A DNA stretch of 64,000 nt. Origin: Candidatus Fervidifonticultor tertius. GTDB taxonomy: Bacteria; Sysuimicrobiota; Sysuimicrobiia; Sysuimicrobiales; Humicultoraceae. Under the pieces are notes generated by a model, which was given only the letters and a program-made list of their open reading frames with translations, did no database searches and was not told the DNA's origin. The stretch is taken from positions 2,067-66,066 of the forward strand of contig JAVKIY010000006.1 in assembly GCA_031459235.1 (NCBI GenBank), written 5' to 3'. This document shows, in pieces, positions 26,046 through 34,469 of this stretch (position 1 is the first letter of the stretch; the number at the start of each line of letters is the position of its first letter). The position numbers and the translations under genes are program-made.

Positions 26046-26883
26046 GCGCGGCGGACTCTGGCGCCGGTTCCTGCGTCACCGGTCGGCCGCCGCGGGCCTG
26101 GTGGTGATCGCGGCGCTGGCGGTCGTCGCCGCGCTGGCGCCGTGGCTGGCGCCACACCCGCCCGACGTGCAGAACCTTCCTGGACGGCTCGCGCCGCCCG
26201 GGACGCCCGGGCACCCGCTCGGCACCGACGAGCTCGGCCGCGACATCCTCAGCCGGCTGCTCTACGGCGCCCGCATCTCGCTGGTCATCGGGATCATCGT
26301 GGTGGCGGTCGCGGTGGGCGTGGGGGTCCCCGCGGGGGCGCTCGCGGGCTACAACCCCCGCTACGACGGCGTCATCATGCGGGCGGTGGACCTCATGCTG
26401 TCGTTCCCGGGCATCCTGCTCGCGCTCGTCATCATCGCGGTGCTGGGGCCCGGGCTGGGCAACACGATGCTGGCGGTCGGCATCTTCTCCGTGCCGGTCT
26501 TCGTGCGGATCACCCGCGCCTCGATCCTCAGCGTCCGCGAGCTCGAGTACGTCCAGGCCGCGCGGGCGGCCGGCGCCCGGGACGGTCGCATCCTGTTCCG
26601 GCACATGCTCCCCAACTGTCTGGCCCCGCTGCTCGTGCAGGCCACGTTCCGCGTCGCGACCTCCATCCTGACCGCGGCGTCGCTCTCGTTCATCGGGCTG
26701 GGGGCCCAGCCGCCGACACCGGAGTGGGGGGCGATGCTGGCCACCGGGCGCGTCAACCTCTACATCGCGCCGCACGTCACCCTCTACCCCGGCCTGGCGA
26801 TCTTCATCACCGTGCTGGCCTTCAACCTGCTCGGCGACGGCCTGCGGGACGTGCTCGACCCGCGGCTGCGCGCGGCCCATTAG
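26038..26883 (+). CDS. ABC permease, DppC/OppC-like, module 2
   Basis: 281 aa, 8-nt overlap with the previous gene. HPLGTDELGRDILSRLLYG and YVQAARAAGARDGRILFRHMLPN. Confidence 0.9.
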   Translation: MNRRGGLWRRFLRHRSAAAGLVVIAALAVVAALAPWLAPHPPDVQNLPGRLAPPGTPGHPLGTDELGRDILSRLLYGARISLVIGIIVVAVAVGVGVPAGALAGYNPRYDGVIMRAVDLMLSFPGILLALVIIAVLGPGLGNTMLAVGIFSVPVFVRITRASILSVRELEYVQAARAAGARDGRILFRHMLPNCLAPLLVQATFRVATSILTAASLSFIGLGAQPPTPEWGAMLATGRVNLYIAPHVTLYPGLAIFITVLAFNLLGDGLRDVLDPRLRAAH

Positions 26884-26893
26884 GCGCGGTCAG

Positions 26894-28240
26894 GTGCGCG
26901 ACGACCTGGCCGACGCCGTGCGCGAGGCTACCGCGGCTGTGCTGGATGAGACGATCGCCGGCCTGCAGGACGCCATCCGGACCAACAGCACGAACCCGGC
27001 GTCCGGCGGCCCGGGCGAGGCCGACTGCCAGGCGCTCGTCGCCGCGGCGCTGCGCCGGCTCGACTGCCGGGTGGAGATCTGGGAACCGGACGCCGCCGCG
27101 CTGGCCCAGCGGTTCCCGTTCATCCGCGCGTCGCTGCCCCCGGCCGGGTTTGAGGACCGGCCCAACGTCGTCGGCTGGCTGCCCGCGGCCGAACCGGCGC
27201 CCGACGGCCGCGCCCATCTGATCCTGAACACGCATGTGGACACGGTGGCACCCGGGGACGCGACGGCGTGGCGTCGGCCGCCGTTCGACGCCGCGGTGGA
27301 CGACGGCCAGGTGGTCGGGCTGGGCGCTGTGGACGCGAAGGGCTGCCTCTTCGCGTTCCTCGGCGCGGCGGCTGCGCTGCGCCACGCGCAGATCCGGCTG
27401 CGGCGGCCCGTCATGCTCCAGGCGGTCGTCGACGAGGAGGCCAGCGGCGCCGGCACGCTCGACTGTCTGCGACGCGGCTATACGGCGACCGCGGCGGTCG
27501 TGGGCGAACCGACCGGGCTCCGAGTGTGCCCGGCCTCGCGCGGCGCCGCGCACCTGCGGCTGCGCGTGGTCGGGCGAGGCGCGCATCCGGGGGAGGGCTG
27601 GCGCGGGGTGAACGCCATCCGCAAGGCCTGGCAGTACGTCGAGGCGCTCGACCGGCTCCGCGACGAGCTCGACCGCACGCGGATGCACCCGCTGTGGGCG
27701 CCGTTGTCCGCCGGCCACGTGTGGAACCTGCTGGCCATCCACGCCGGGCCGGCGGCGGACGGGACCACCGGCGCCGCAGGACCCGCGCGCTCCGTCCCCG
27801 ATGTCTGCGAGGTGCACTACGGCATTGGCCTGATCGGTGACGAACGCCCCGAGGCGATGCGGGCGACTGTCGAGGCTGCGCTGGCCGAGGTCACGCGGGG
27901 CGACGCGTGGCTCGCCGACCACCCGCCGGAGCTTACCTGGCGGCCCGGCGGGTTCGAGCCGGCGGTCACCGACCCGATGCACCCGGCGGTGCTCGGCCTG
28001 CTCGACGCCGCGGCCGCGGCCGGGCTCGACCCGTCCCCGCCCCAGGCGTTCTCCGCCGCCACCGACGGCCGGCACCTGACCAACGCCGGCGGGATTCCCG
28101 CGGTGAACTTCGGGCCCGGCGCGGTGCACCGCGCCCACAGCCCCAACGAGGCGCTGCCGGTGGAGGAGCTGCGGCGCGCGATGGAGGTGCTGGCCATCTT
28201 CCTCGCGCGCTTCTGCGGCATCGCCGCGGCGTACTGCTGA
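26894..28240 (+). CDS. Peptidase M20 family (ArgE/DapE/ACY1/CPG2-like) amidohydrolase
   Basis: 448 aa, GTG start. LNTHVDTV, GLGAVDAKG, VVDEEASG and C-terminal AHSPNEALPVEEL. Confidence 0.9.
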   Translation: MRDDLADAVREATAAVLDETIAGLQDAIRTNSTNPASGGPGEADCQALVAAALRRLDCRVEIWEPDAAALAQRFPFIRASLPPAGFEDRPNVVGWLPAAEPAPDGRAHLILNTHVDTVAPGDATAWRRPPFDAAVDDGQVVGLGAVDAKGCLFAFLGAAAALRHAQIRLRRPVMLQAVVDEEASGAGTLDCLRRGYTATAAVVGEPTGLRVCPASRGAAHLRLRVVGRGAHPGEGWRGVNAIRKAWQYVEALDRLRDELDRTRMHPLWAPLSAGHVWNLLAIHAGPAADGTTGAAGPARSVPDVCEVHYGIGLIGDERPEAMRATVEAALAEVTRGDAWLADHPPELTWRPGGFEPAVTDPMHPAVLGLLDAAAAAGLDPSPPQAFSAATDGRHLTNAGGIPAVNFGPGAVHRAHSPNEALPVEELRRAMEVLAIFLARFCGIAAAYC

Positions 28241-28258
28241 ACCCAGGAGGCGCGTCCC

Positions 28259-28582
28259 ATGATCCTCGTCCACCAGCGCTATTACGCCCTTCCCGGAGTG
28301 GCTGACCGCGTGTTGCACACGCGGCTTCAGGCGTCCCGGCGGCTCGCCGAGCTCGGCGTGCCCGTGGGCCGCATCTGGGTACCGGTGCGCGAGACGGCCG
28401 GCATCAACGCCGACGGGCTCCCCGACGTGGTCTGGGAGTGCACCTATCCGGACCTCGAGACGCGCGAGGCCATCCGGGCGCGCCAGGAGTCCGATCCGGC
28501 GTTCCACGCGATCCGCACGCACCAGGGCACGCAGCTCCAGCGCTGGGTGCGCGAACATTACCGCCTGGTCGCGCCCGAGTAG
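28259..28582 (+). CDS. Small conserved protein, possibly NIPSNAP/dimeric alpha-beta-barrel-like
   Basis: 107 aa. GGAGG SD. Coding-like GC3. Embedded in the operon. The fold assignment is only a by-eye impression. Confidence 0.6.
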   Translation: MILVHQRYYALPGVADRVLHTRLQASRRLAELGVPVGRIWVPVRETAGINADGLPDVVWECTYPDLETREAIRARQESDPAFHAIRTHQGTQLQRWVREHYRLVAPE

Positions 28583-28603
28583 CGCGGCCCAAGGAGGCCG
28601 ACC

Positions 28604-29374
28604 ATGCAAGGCGTGATCTTGAAAGACCTGACCTGGCCCGAGGCCCGCGAGGCGTTCCGCCGGCTGCCCGTGGCGGTGCTGCCGGTCGGCGCCGCCGCCA
28701 AGGAGCACGGCCCGCACCTGCCGCTGGGCACCGATCTGATCTGGGCCGAGACGCTGGGCGCGGCCGCGGTCGAACGCACGCCGTGCGTGCTCCTACCGAC
28801 GCTCTCCTACGGCTACTACCCGGCGTTCGTGGACTGGCCCGGGTCGGTGTCGCTGCGGCCCGACGTGTTCATCGGCGTGGTGACGGACATCGTCCGCTCG
28901 GTCGCGCGCCACGGCATCCGACGCGTCGCCGTCCTCAACACCGGCGTCTCGACGACCGCGCCGCTGGAGATCGCCTCGCGGGAGCTGTACCGCGAGCTGG
29001 GCGTCCTGGTGGCGGTGCTGCTCATCGAGGGGCTGGGCGCGGAGTACTGGCGCGGGGTCTCCGCCCAGCGCGCGGGGACGCACGCCGAGGAGAAGGAGAC
29101 CTCGTTCATGCTCCACGTGCGGCCGGACCTGGTGCGAGCCGACCGCCTGGTGGACGAGATCGACGACCGCGGCGGCCCGGCCTTCCAGACAGGCACCGGC
29201 GGCGTGCGGAAGGTGCTGCTCGGTCGCGCCATGGGCACCGCGAGCGGCGTCCATGGCCAGGCGACCCTGGCGAGCGCCGAGAAAGGTCGCGGGCTGCTGG
29301 ACGCGATGGTCCGCGACGTCGTCTCGCTCATCGAGGCACTGGCGAAGGCGCCGGTGCCCGACGGCGCTGTCTAA
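28604..29374 (+). CDS. Creatininase-family protein, copy 2 (variant lacking the GHGGN motif)
   Basis: 256 aa. AAGGAGG SD. LPVGAAAKEHGPHLPLGTD and GTHAEEKETS are conserved, but VLNTGVST replaces NGHGGN. Confidence 0.85.
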   Translation: MQGVILKDLTWPEAREAFRRLPVAVLPVGAAAKEHGPHLPLGTDLIWAETLGAAAVERTPCVLLPTLSYGYYPAFVDWPGSVSLRPDVFIGVVTDIVRSVARHGIRRVAVLNTGVSTTAPLEIASRELYRELGVLVAVLLIEGLGAEYWRGVSAQRAGTHAEEKETSFMLHVRPDLVRADRLVDEIDDRGGPAFQTGTGGVRKVLLGRAMGTASGVHGQATLASAEKGRGLLDAMVRDVVSLIEALAKAPVPDGAV

Positions 29375-30285
29375 GGGACGGCCGGCCCGCGCTCGCCGCG
29401 GATCTCGATGCCGAGGAGACGCTCGAGGCCGCGCACCATCGCGGTGCTGTCCTGGTTCCCGTAGCCCGCGGCGCGCGCGAGCTGCATCAGCTCCGCCGCG
29501 CCGTTGGACGCCAGGAGCGGCACGCCCAGCTCGCGCCCGAGCGCGGTCGCCTGCTTGATGTCCTTGAACGAGAGGTCGAGCCGGAACCCGACCCGGTCGA
29601 AGTCGCGCGCGAAGACCTTGGAGACCACGTGCTGGAGCTGCGGGCTGTTCGACGTGGACGCACTCAGCATCTGGAACAGGGCGCCCAGGTCGAGACCGGC
29701 CCGCGCCGCCAGCGCGAACCCCTCGCAGATGGCGGCGCTCGTCACGATGCCAATGAGGTTCTGCACCAGCTTCGCGGTGTGCCCGGCGCCCAGTCCGCCG
29801 AAGTACACGATGGTCTTCCCCATCAGCTCGAGCAGCGGTCGCACGACCTCGACCGCGGTCGGATCGCCGCCGACCATGATCGTCAGCGTGGCGGCCTGGG
29901 CCCCGCTCGGGCCACCGGTGATGGGGGCGTCCACCATCCGGCCGCCCGCGGCCTCGACGCGCGCGCCGATGCGGCGGGTGTCCGGCGGGTAACTCGTCCC
30001 CATGTCCACGACGACGTAGCCCTGCCGCATCGCCGCCGCGAGGCCAGCGGGACCGAAGAGCGTCTCCTCGACCTCGGCGGCGGTGGGCAGGACCGTGATG
30101 GCGACCTCGGTCTGTGCCGCGGCCGCCTGCGGGGTCGCGGCCTCACGCGCGCCGCGCGCGACGAGCCGCTCCACCGGATCGCGCCGCCGGTGGGCGACCA
30201 CGACGACCTCATGGCCACCGGCGAGCAGGTGGCCGGCCATGGGTTCCCCCATGAGCCCCAGACCGAAGAACGCGACCTTCGCCAT
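29371..30285 (-). CDS. NAD(P)-dependent 3-hydroxyisobutyrate/6-phosphogluconate dehydrogenase-family oxidoreductase
   Basis: 304 aa. MAKVAFFGLGLMGEPMAGHL Rossmann fold, DAPITGG and GAGHTAKLVQN. Confidence 0.9.
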   Translation of the reverse strand: MAKVAFFGLGLMGEPMAGHLLAGGHEVVVVAHRRRDPVERLVARGAREAATPQAAAAQTEVAITVLPTAAEVEETLFGPAGLAAAMRQGYVVVDMGTSYPPDTRRIGARVEAAGGRMVDAPITGGPSGAQAATLTIMVGGDPTAVEVVRPLLELMGKTIVYFGGLGAGHTAKLVQNLIGIVTSAAICEGFALAARAGLDLGALFQMLSASTSNSPQLQHVVSKVFARDFDRVGFRLDLSFKDIKQATALGRELGVPLLASNGAAELMQLARAAGYGNQDSTAMVRGLERLLGIEIRGERGPAVP

Positions 30286-30321
30286 GCGTCTCCTCCTCCT
30301 CGTTGCCGTCGTGCGGCCGGC

Positions 30322-31356
30322 TCAGGCGCGACGCGCGGTGCCGGCGTACGCGCGGAGCTCGGGTAGCACGTGCTCGACCGCCCGACGCATCTGTCCTGCC
30401 GGGTCATAGCTCGCGAAGCGGATGATCGGCAGGGTGCATCCCGCGTCGATGAAGGACCGCAGACGGGCGATCACCTCCTCCGGCGTGCCGGTGACGAGCC
30501 GCCAGCGCAGGTACTCGTCGGGAAACCGCCCTGCGTGGTAGGCCTCGTAGAACCGGCGTGCCTCCTCGAAGGCGGCCTCGCGGCGGTCCTGAATGTTGAC
30601 GTAGAAGTGGATCATCGATTGCGCGGGCAGCGGGTCACGCCCCGCCGCGCGCGCGGCGTCCAGCACACGTCGCCAGCGGCGGCCGAACTCCTCGGGCGTG
30701 CTCATCTCGACCATCCACCCGTCGCCCAACCGGCCGACGCGGCGCAGCGCCCGGTCGATCGCGGCCTCGTCGGCGTACGGCGCCTGCGGGTTGCTCGCGA
30801 TGGCGATGGGACACGGGCGCTGGAGGGGTGTCACGGTGAGCTGGACGTCCTCAAACCGGTAGTACCGGCCTTCGTAGCTGAAGGGCTCGCCGGTCCACAG
30901 GCCCCGGAGGATCTCGATCCCTTCCACCATGCGGCCCACGCGCTCCGCGGTCGTCATCCCCATCGCCCGGAACTCCGTCTCCCAGCGCGCGCCGCTCGGC
31001 GAGCGGTGCCCCCGGCGCACATCCGGACCGCCGCCGATGCAGGCCACCAGCAGCGTGCGGCCGCCGCTCAGCCGGTCGAGCGCCGCCCACTGATTGGCCA
31101 GGACGATCGGGTGGCGAAAGATGAAGCTTGCCATGCACCCGACCCCCAGGGTCACCGCGCGCGTGCGCGCGGCGACCCACGAGAGGAACACGACCGCGTC
31201 CAGGCGGGGCTTGGCGATCAGGCTGTCGCCGGTGAATATGGCGTCGAAGGTCCCCGAGCGCTCGGCGGTCACGCACATCTCGAGCAGCTCATGGGGATCG
31301 CCGGCGCCGATGACGACGCCGCGGTTGGGAACCGACAGGCCCCAGCGGACGGTCAC
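30322..31356 (-). CDS. Luciferase-like (LLM class) flavin/F420-dependent oxidoreductase
   Basis: GTG 31356 forms a GTGA overlap with the upstream gene. VTVRWGLSVPNRG.., FDAIFTGDSLIAKPRLD and the overall LLM architecture. Confidence 0.8.
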   Translation of the reverse strand: MTVRWGLSVPNRGVVIGAGDPHELLEMCVTAERSGTFDAIFTGDSLIAKPRLDAVVFLSWVAARTRAVTLGVGCMASFIFRHPIVLANQWAALDRLSGGRTLLVACIGGGPDVRRGHRSPSGARWETEFRAMGMTTAERVGRMVEGIEILRGLWTGEPFSYEGRYYRFEDVQLTVTPLQRPCPIAIASNPQAPYADEAAIDRALRRVGRLGDGWMVEMSTPEEFGRRWRRVLDAARAAGRDPLPAQSMIHFYVNIQDRREAAFEEARRFYEAYHAGRFPDEYLRWRLVTGTPEEVIARLRSFIDAGCTLPIIRFASYDPAGQMRRAVEHVLPELRAYAGTARRA

Positions 31357-32411
31357 GGGCGCGCGGCCCCGGGCGCGGTCTCGAGCAATGGGTGGCGGAC
31401 GCCGAGCTCGCTCGCCAGATCGTGGATCTCGGCCCAGACCTCCTTGGCGACGGTGACACCGCGCGCCGCGCTCGCCGCCGCCCGCCGCGCGCTCCCTTCG
31501 CCCGGCAGCAGGATCTCGTCCACGCCGGGCCGCGTCGGCCCGCGCTTCACGCGGGCGGCCAGCTCGCCGAGCGCGTGGCCGTAGGCCTCCCGGGGCAGGA
31601 ACGCCTCGATGTGGATCGCGCCCACGACGTTGCCGGACGCCTCCGGCGGCCAGAGCCCCGGCAGCACGCCGCAGAGAATCTCGATCGCCAGCGCGAGCGC
31701 GTAGCCCTTGTGCCCGCCCAGCGGCGCCAGGGTGCCGTGCGGCGGGAGCGCGCGCAGGGGGTCGCGTGTGGGCCGCCCGTCGGCATCGAACGCCCATCCG
31801 TCGGGCAGCGGCTCGCCGGTCTTCTGGGCGAGCATCACGGTGCCGCGCGCCGCCTGCGTGGTGGAGACGTCCACCACGACCGGCGGTCCGTCGTCGCGGG
31901 GGAAGCCGATCGCGATCGGGTTCGTGCCGAAGATCGGCGCGACCCCGCCCCACGGCGCGACCGACCCGGCGGTGGAGCTGCCCCCGCACGCGATCAGGCC
32001 GATGGCGCCCTGCCTGGCGGCGTGCTCCACGTAGTAGCCGAGCCGGCCGATGTGGCCCATGCGCCGCACCGCGGCCAGGCACACGCCCGTGCGGGAGGCG
32101 CGCTCGATGCAGAGCTCCATCGCGCGTAGCGCCGCGGGGTGCCCCCACCCGGCGTGGGCGTCCAGCACCAGGACCGCGCCGCCGTCGCGCTCCACGGTCA
32201 GGGGAGCGCCGGGGGGGACGCGGCCGGAGCGCGCCCAGCCGGCGTAGGGCCCGACGCGGATCAACCCTTGCGAGCGGCTGCCGCGCGCCTCGGCATCCAC
32301 CACGTGGCGCGCGACCACCGCGGCCTCGCGCGCCTCCAGCCCGCACGCCAGGAACAAACGCTCGATCAGGTCGGTCAGGGGGCCGAGCGGAAACGGGCCG
32401 AGATCCGCCAC
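31353..32411 (-). CDS. Ldh2-family (malate/L-lactate dehydrogenase type 2) oxidoreductase
   Basis: 352 aa, GTG start 1 nt after the upstream TAA. SHGLIRV-like SQGLIRV, HIGRLGYY, FGTNPIAIGFP and GGHKGYALAL. Confidence 0.9.
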   Translation of the reverse strand: MADLGPFPLGPLTDLIERLFLACGLEAREAAVVARHVVDAEARGSRSQGLIRVGPYAGWARSGRVPPGAPLTVERDGGAVLVLDAHAGWGHPAALRAMELCIERASRTGVCLAAVRRMGHIGRLGYYVEHAARQGAIGLIACGGSSTAGSVAPWGGVAPIFGTNPIAIGFPRDDGPPVVVDVSTTQAARGTVMLAQKTGEPLPDGWAFDADGRPTRDPLRALPPHGTLAPLGGHKGYALALAIEILCGVLPGLWPPEASGNVVGAIHIEAFLPREAYGHALGELAARVKRGPTRPGVDEILLPGEGSARRAAASAARGVTVAKEVWAEIHDLASELGVRHPLLETAPGAARP

Positions 32412-32412
32412 C

Positions 32413-33651
32413 TTACCACCACCGGATCGGACAGCGGTTGAGGCGTTCCACGCCGGACGGCGTGACCCACCACATGTCCTCCCAGCACGCGGTGCCGAAC
32501 CCCGTGCGCACCAGCATCGGCTCGAAGCAGAAGACCATGTTCTCCTCCAGCGCAGCCGGGTTGCCCGGCGCGAACGACGGCAGGTCGTGGGTGGCGCAGC
32601 CGATACCGTGGCCGCGGAAGTACAGGTAGTCCTCGTAGCCCGCCTCCCGGGCGATCGCGATGCCGATTTCGGCGAGCTCGCCGATGACCGCGCCAGGCTT
32701 CGCGGCGGACGTCACGGCGTCCACGATGCGGATCTGCGTCTCCATGAACCGGCGCTGCTCGACGGTCGGGTCGCCGCACGTGCGCTGCCGCGAACAGTCG
32801 CTGTAGTAGCCCATGTAGCGCGCGCCCACGTCGATGTAAACCACGTCGCCCGGGCGCACCACGTAGCCGGTGGGGGCCATGTGCTTGAAGCCGGACCGCG
32901 CCCCCGCGGCGAGCGCGATCGCGAAGGCCGGGTGCTCCGCGCCGCCCTTGAACATCGCGTAGTTCGCCTCGGCCGCCAGGTCGAACTCGGTCACGCCGGG
33001 GCGGACGTGGTCCATGGCCGCCTGCATGGCCGCGTCGGCCAGGTGCGCCGCCTTGCGCAGCACCTCGACCTCGCGCGGGCTCTTGATGGCGCGCACCTCC
33101 TGGAGTAGACGCGGGGCCGGCTCGACGCGCGCCTGCGGGAAGGCCAGGGCCAGGTGGGCGCGCAGCGGCTCGACGTTGAACTCGCCCACGACGCCGATCC
33201 GGCTGGAGGCGCCGCCCCGCTCGCGCACCAGGTCGCCGACGTGGTCGAGCAGGGTGGCGGCGCGCGCCCCGCCGGTCACCGTCCGCGGGGCCGCGGCGCA
33301 GCGCGCGTCCTCGATCCAGCAGTCCTGAATGCCCGAGTGCATCGGCTCGCCGTGCATGACCGCGTTGGTCGCGAATCCGGGCGGCCCGGAGGCCGGTACG
33401 ACGACGACCGACTCCCCGCCGTAGAAGTCCTCGAAGTTCGACAGATAGCGGATGTTCGAGTTGTCGGCGCGGTTGCCGAGCACGACCAGCACGTCAAGGG
33501 CGTCGCGCCGCATGCGGGCGCGCAGCCGGTCGAGACGCTCGTGGTACTCCTCGAGGGGGAAGGGCAGGTTCATCCAGGGCCGGCGGTCCGCGTACGTGTA
33601 GGGCACGCGGCCCCAGCCATAGGGCATCGCGAGACGCTCCTCGGGGGTCAT
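32413..33651 (-). CDS. Peptidase M24 family (Xaa-Pro peptidase/creatinase-fold) protein
   Basis: 412 aa. N-terminal creatinase/prolidase domain plus a pita-bread domain. Metal-ligand contexts VYIDVGARYMGYYSDCSR, RGHGIG, FCFEP and CWED. Confidence 0.85.
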   Translation of the reverse strand: MTPEERLAMPYGWGRVPYTYADRRPWMNLPFPLEEYHERLDRLRARMRRDALDVLVVLGNRADNSNIRYLSNFEDFYGGESVVVVPASGPPGFATNAVMHGEPMHSGIQDCWIEDARCAAAPRTVTGGARAATLLDHVGDLVRERGGASSRIGVVGEFNVEPLRAHLALAFPQARVEPAPRLLQEVRAIKSPREVEVLRKAAHLADAAMQAAMDHVRPGVTEFDLAAEANYAMFKGGAEHPAFAIALAAGARSGFKHMAPTGYVVRPGDVVYIDVGARYMGYYSDCSRQRTCGDPTVEQRRFMETQIRIVDAVTSAAKPGAVIGELAEIGIAIAREAGYEDYLYFRGHGIGCATHDLPSFAPGNPAALEENMVFCFEPMLVRTGFGTACWEDMWWVTPSGVERLNRCPIRWW

Positions 33652-33706
33652 GGACGCCAGAATACGACACCGGACCAGGAAACTCCCGGTGGACGGCGCC
33701 CGCCGG

Positions 33707-34117
33707 TCACCGCGCCGGCGGGATCAGTGTGAAACCCTGCTGCTCGAAGTGGCGGTCGAACGCAAACGCGTGTCGGATGCCGCGGGCTCGCATAATCTCG
33801 AAGCTGACCCAGTCGGCCAGGCTCACGTCGGCGCGGCCAGCCGCCAGCAGCGCCGTCATGCCCGCCCCGTGCAGGCGTTCGTCCACCCAGACGACCGCCA
33901 GCACGGGGACGACGTCGTCATGGACCACCCGCACCGCGCCCGGCCCGAGCCGGCGCTGCGCGAGCGCGACGACCTCGGCTAGCACGTAGCTGTGCGTCAG
34001 GAGCGGGCGATCGGCCTCGAGCAGGTCGCGCCACCCTGCGGCGGCTTCCGCGTGAAACGCATCGTCGCGATCGAGCACGGCGTAGAGCGCGGACGTGTCA
34101 GCGAACGTCGCGTCCAC
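33707..34117 (-). CDS. vapC: PIN-domain toxin VapC (module 2)
   Basis: 136 aa, GTG start. FADTSAL, YVLAEV, SLADWVSF and FAFDRHF. The C-terminus parallels module 1. Confidence 0.85.
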   Translation of the reverse strand: MDATFADTSALYAVLDRDDAFHAEAAAGWRDLLEADRPLLTHSYVLAEVVALAQRRLGPGAVRVVHDDVVPVLAVVWVDERLHGAGMTALLAAGRADVSLADWVSFEIMRARGIRHAFAFDRHFEQQGFTLIPPAR

Positions 34118-34358
34118 GGTAGATTCGCTCGAGGTGCTCGTCGTGGCGCGCGCTGACGTCGACCGTCCCCGAGGCGAACCGGCCGGCGGCTTCCAGCGCC
34201 CGTCGCCTGCGTGCCGAGGGGGGCACGCCGCTCTCGCCTGCCAGGAACCGGTCCACCGCGCCCCGGATCAGTTCCGCGACAGATGCGCGCCGCTCCCGCG
34301 CCAGCTCCCGCAGCTTGGCGGCCTGCTCTTCGGTCAGGAGAATCTGGGTGCGAATCAC
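34098..34358 (-). CDS. vapB: Ribbon-helix-helix antitoxin, VapB-like (module 2)
   Basis: 86 aa, GTG 34358. IRTQILLTEEQAAKLRELARERRASVAELIRGAV RHH-like N-terminus. 20-nt overlap with vapC. Confidence 0.8.
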   Translation of the reverse strand: MIRTQILLTEEQAAKLRELARERRASVAELIRGAVDRFLAGESGVPPSARRRRALEAAGRFASGTVDVSARHDEHLERIYRGRDVR

Positions 34359-34387
34359 AAAGCACCCCGCGAAATGACCGGATAGTG

Positions 34388-34419
34388 ATGTAGTGACAGC
34401 CTATTCTACATTGTTACAT
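34388..34419 (-). repeat. Operator-like repeats in the vapBC-2 leader (ATGTAA/ATGTAG 8 bp apart plus inverted CTACAT)
   Basis: The minus strand reads ATGTAAcaATGTAGaataggctgtcaCTACAT. On the forward strand ATGTAG is at 34388-93 and CTACAT at 34406-11. This is an AT-rich island downstream of the predicted -10. Confidence 0.55.
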
Positions 34420-34423
34420 CTCT

Positions 34424-34452
34424 ATGCTATCAGGCGGATGCCTGCATGGCAA
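34424..34452 (-). promoter_or_regulatory. sigma70-like promoter of vapBC-2 (minus strand TTGCCA-17 nt-TAGCAT)
   Basis: Forward tggcaa at 34447-52 equals TTGCCA. Forward atgcta at 34424-29 equals TAGCAT. The spacer is 17 nt. Confidence 0.45.
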
Positions 34453-34469
34453 TGGGGCCTGCCCGCACC

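Noticed and set aside
28604-29374. Creatininase homologue as the mycofactocin peptidase MftE
   Set aside because: No mftA/B/C/D/F-like genes (radical SAM, small precursor peptide, glycosyltransferase) are present anywhere in the window.
22655-33651. Classical creatinine degradation pathway (creatininase + creatinase-fold M24)
   Set aside because: The M24 protein retains all metal-ligand contexts, whereas true creatinase is metal-independent. No sarcosine oxidase/dehydrogenase or N-methylhydantoinase genes are present. The family names alone do not support creatinine as the substrate.
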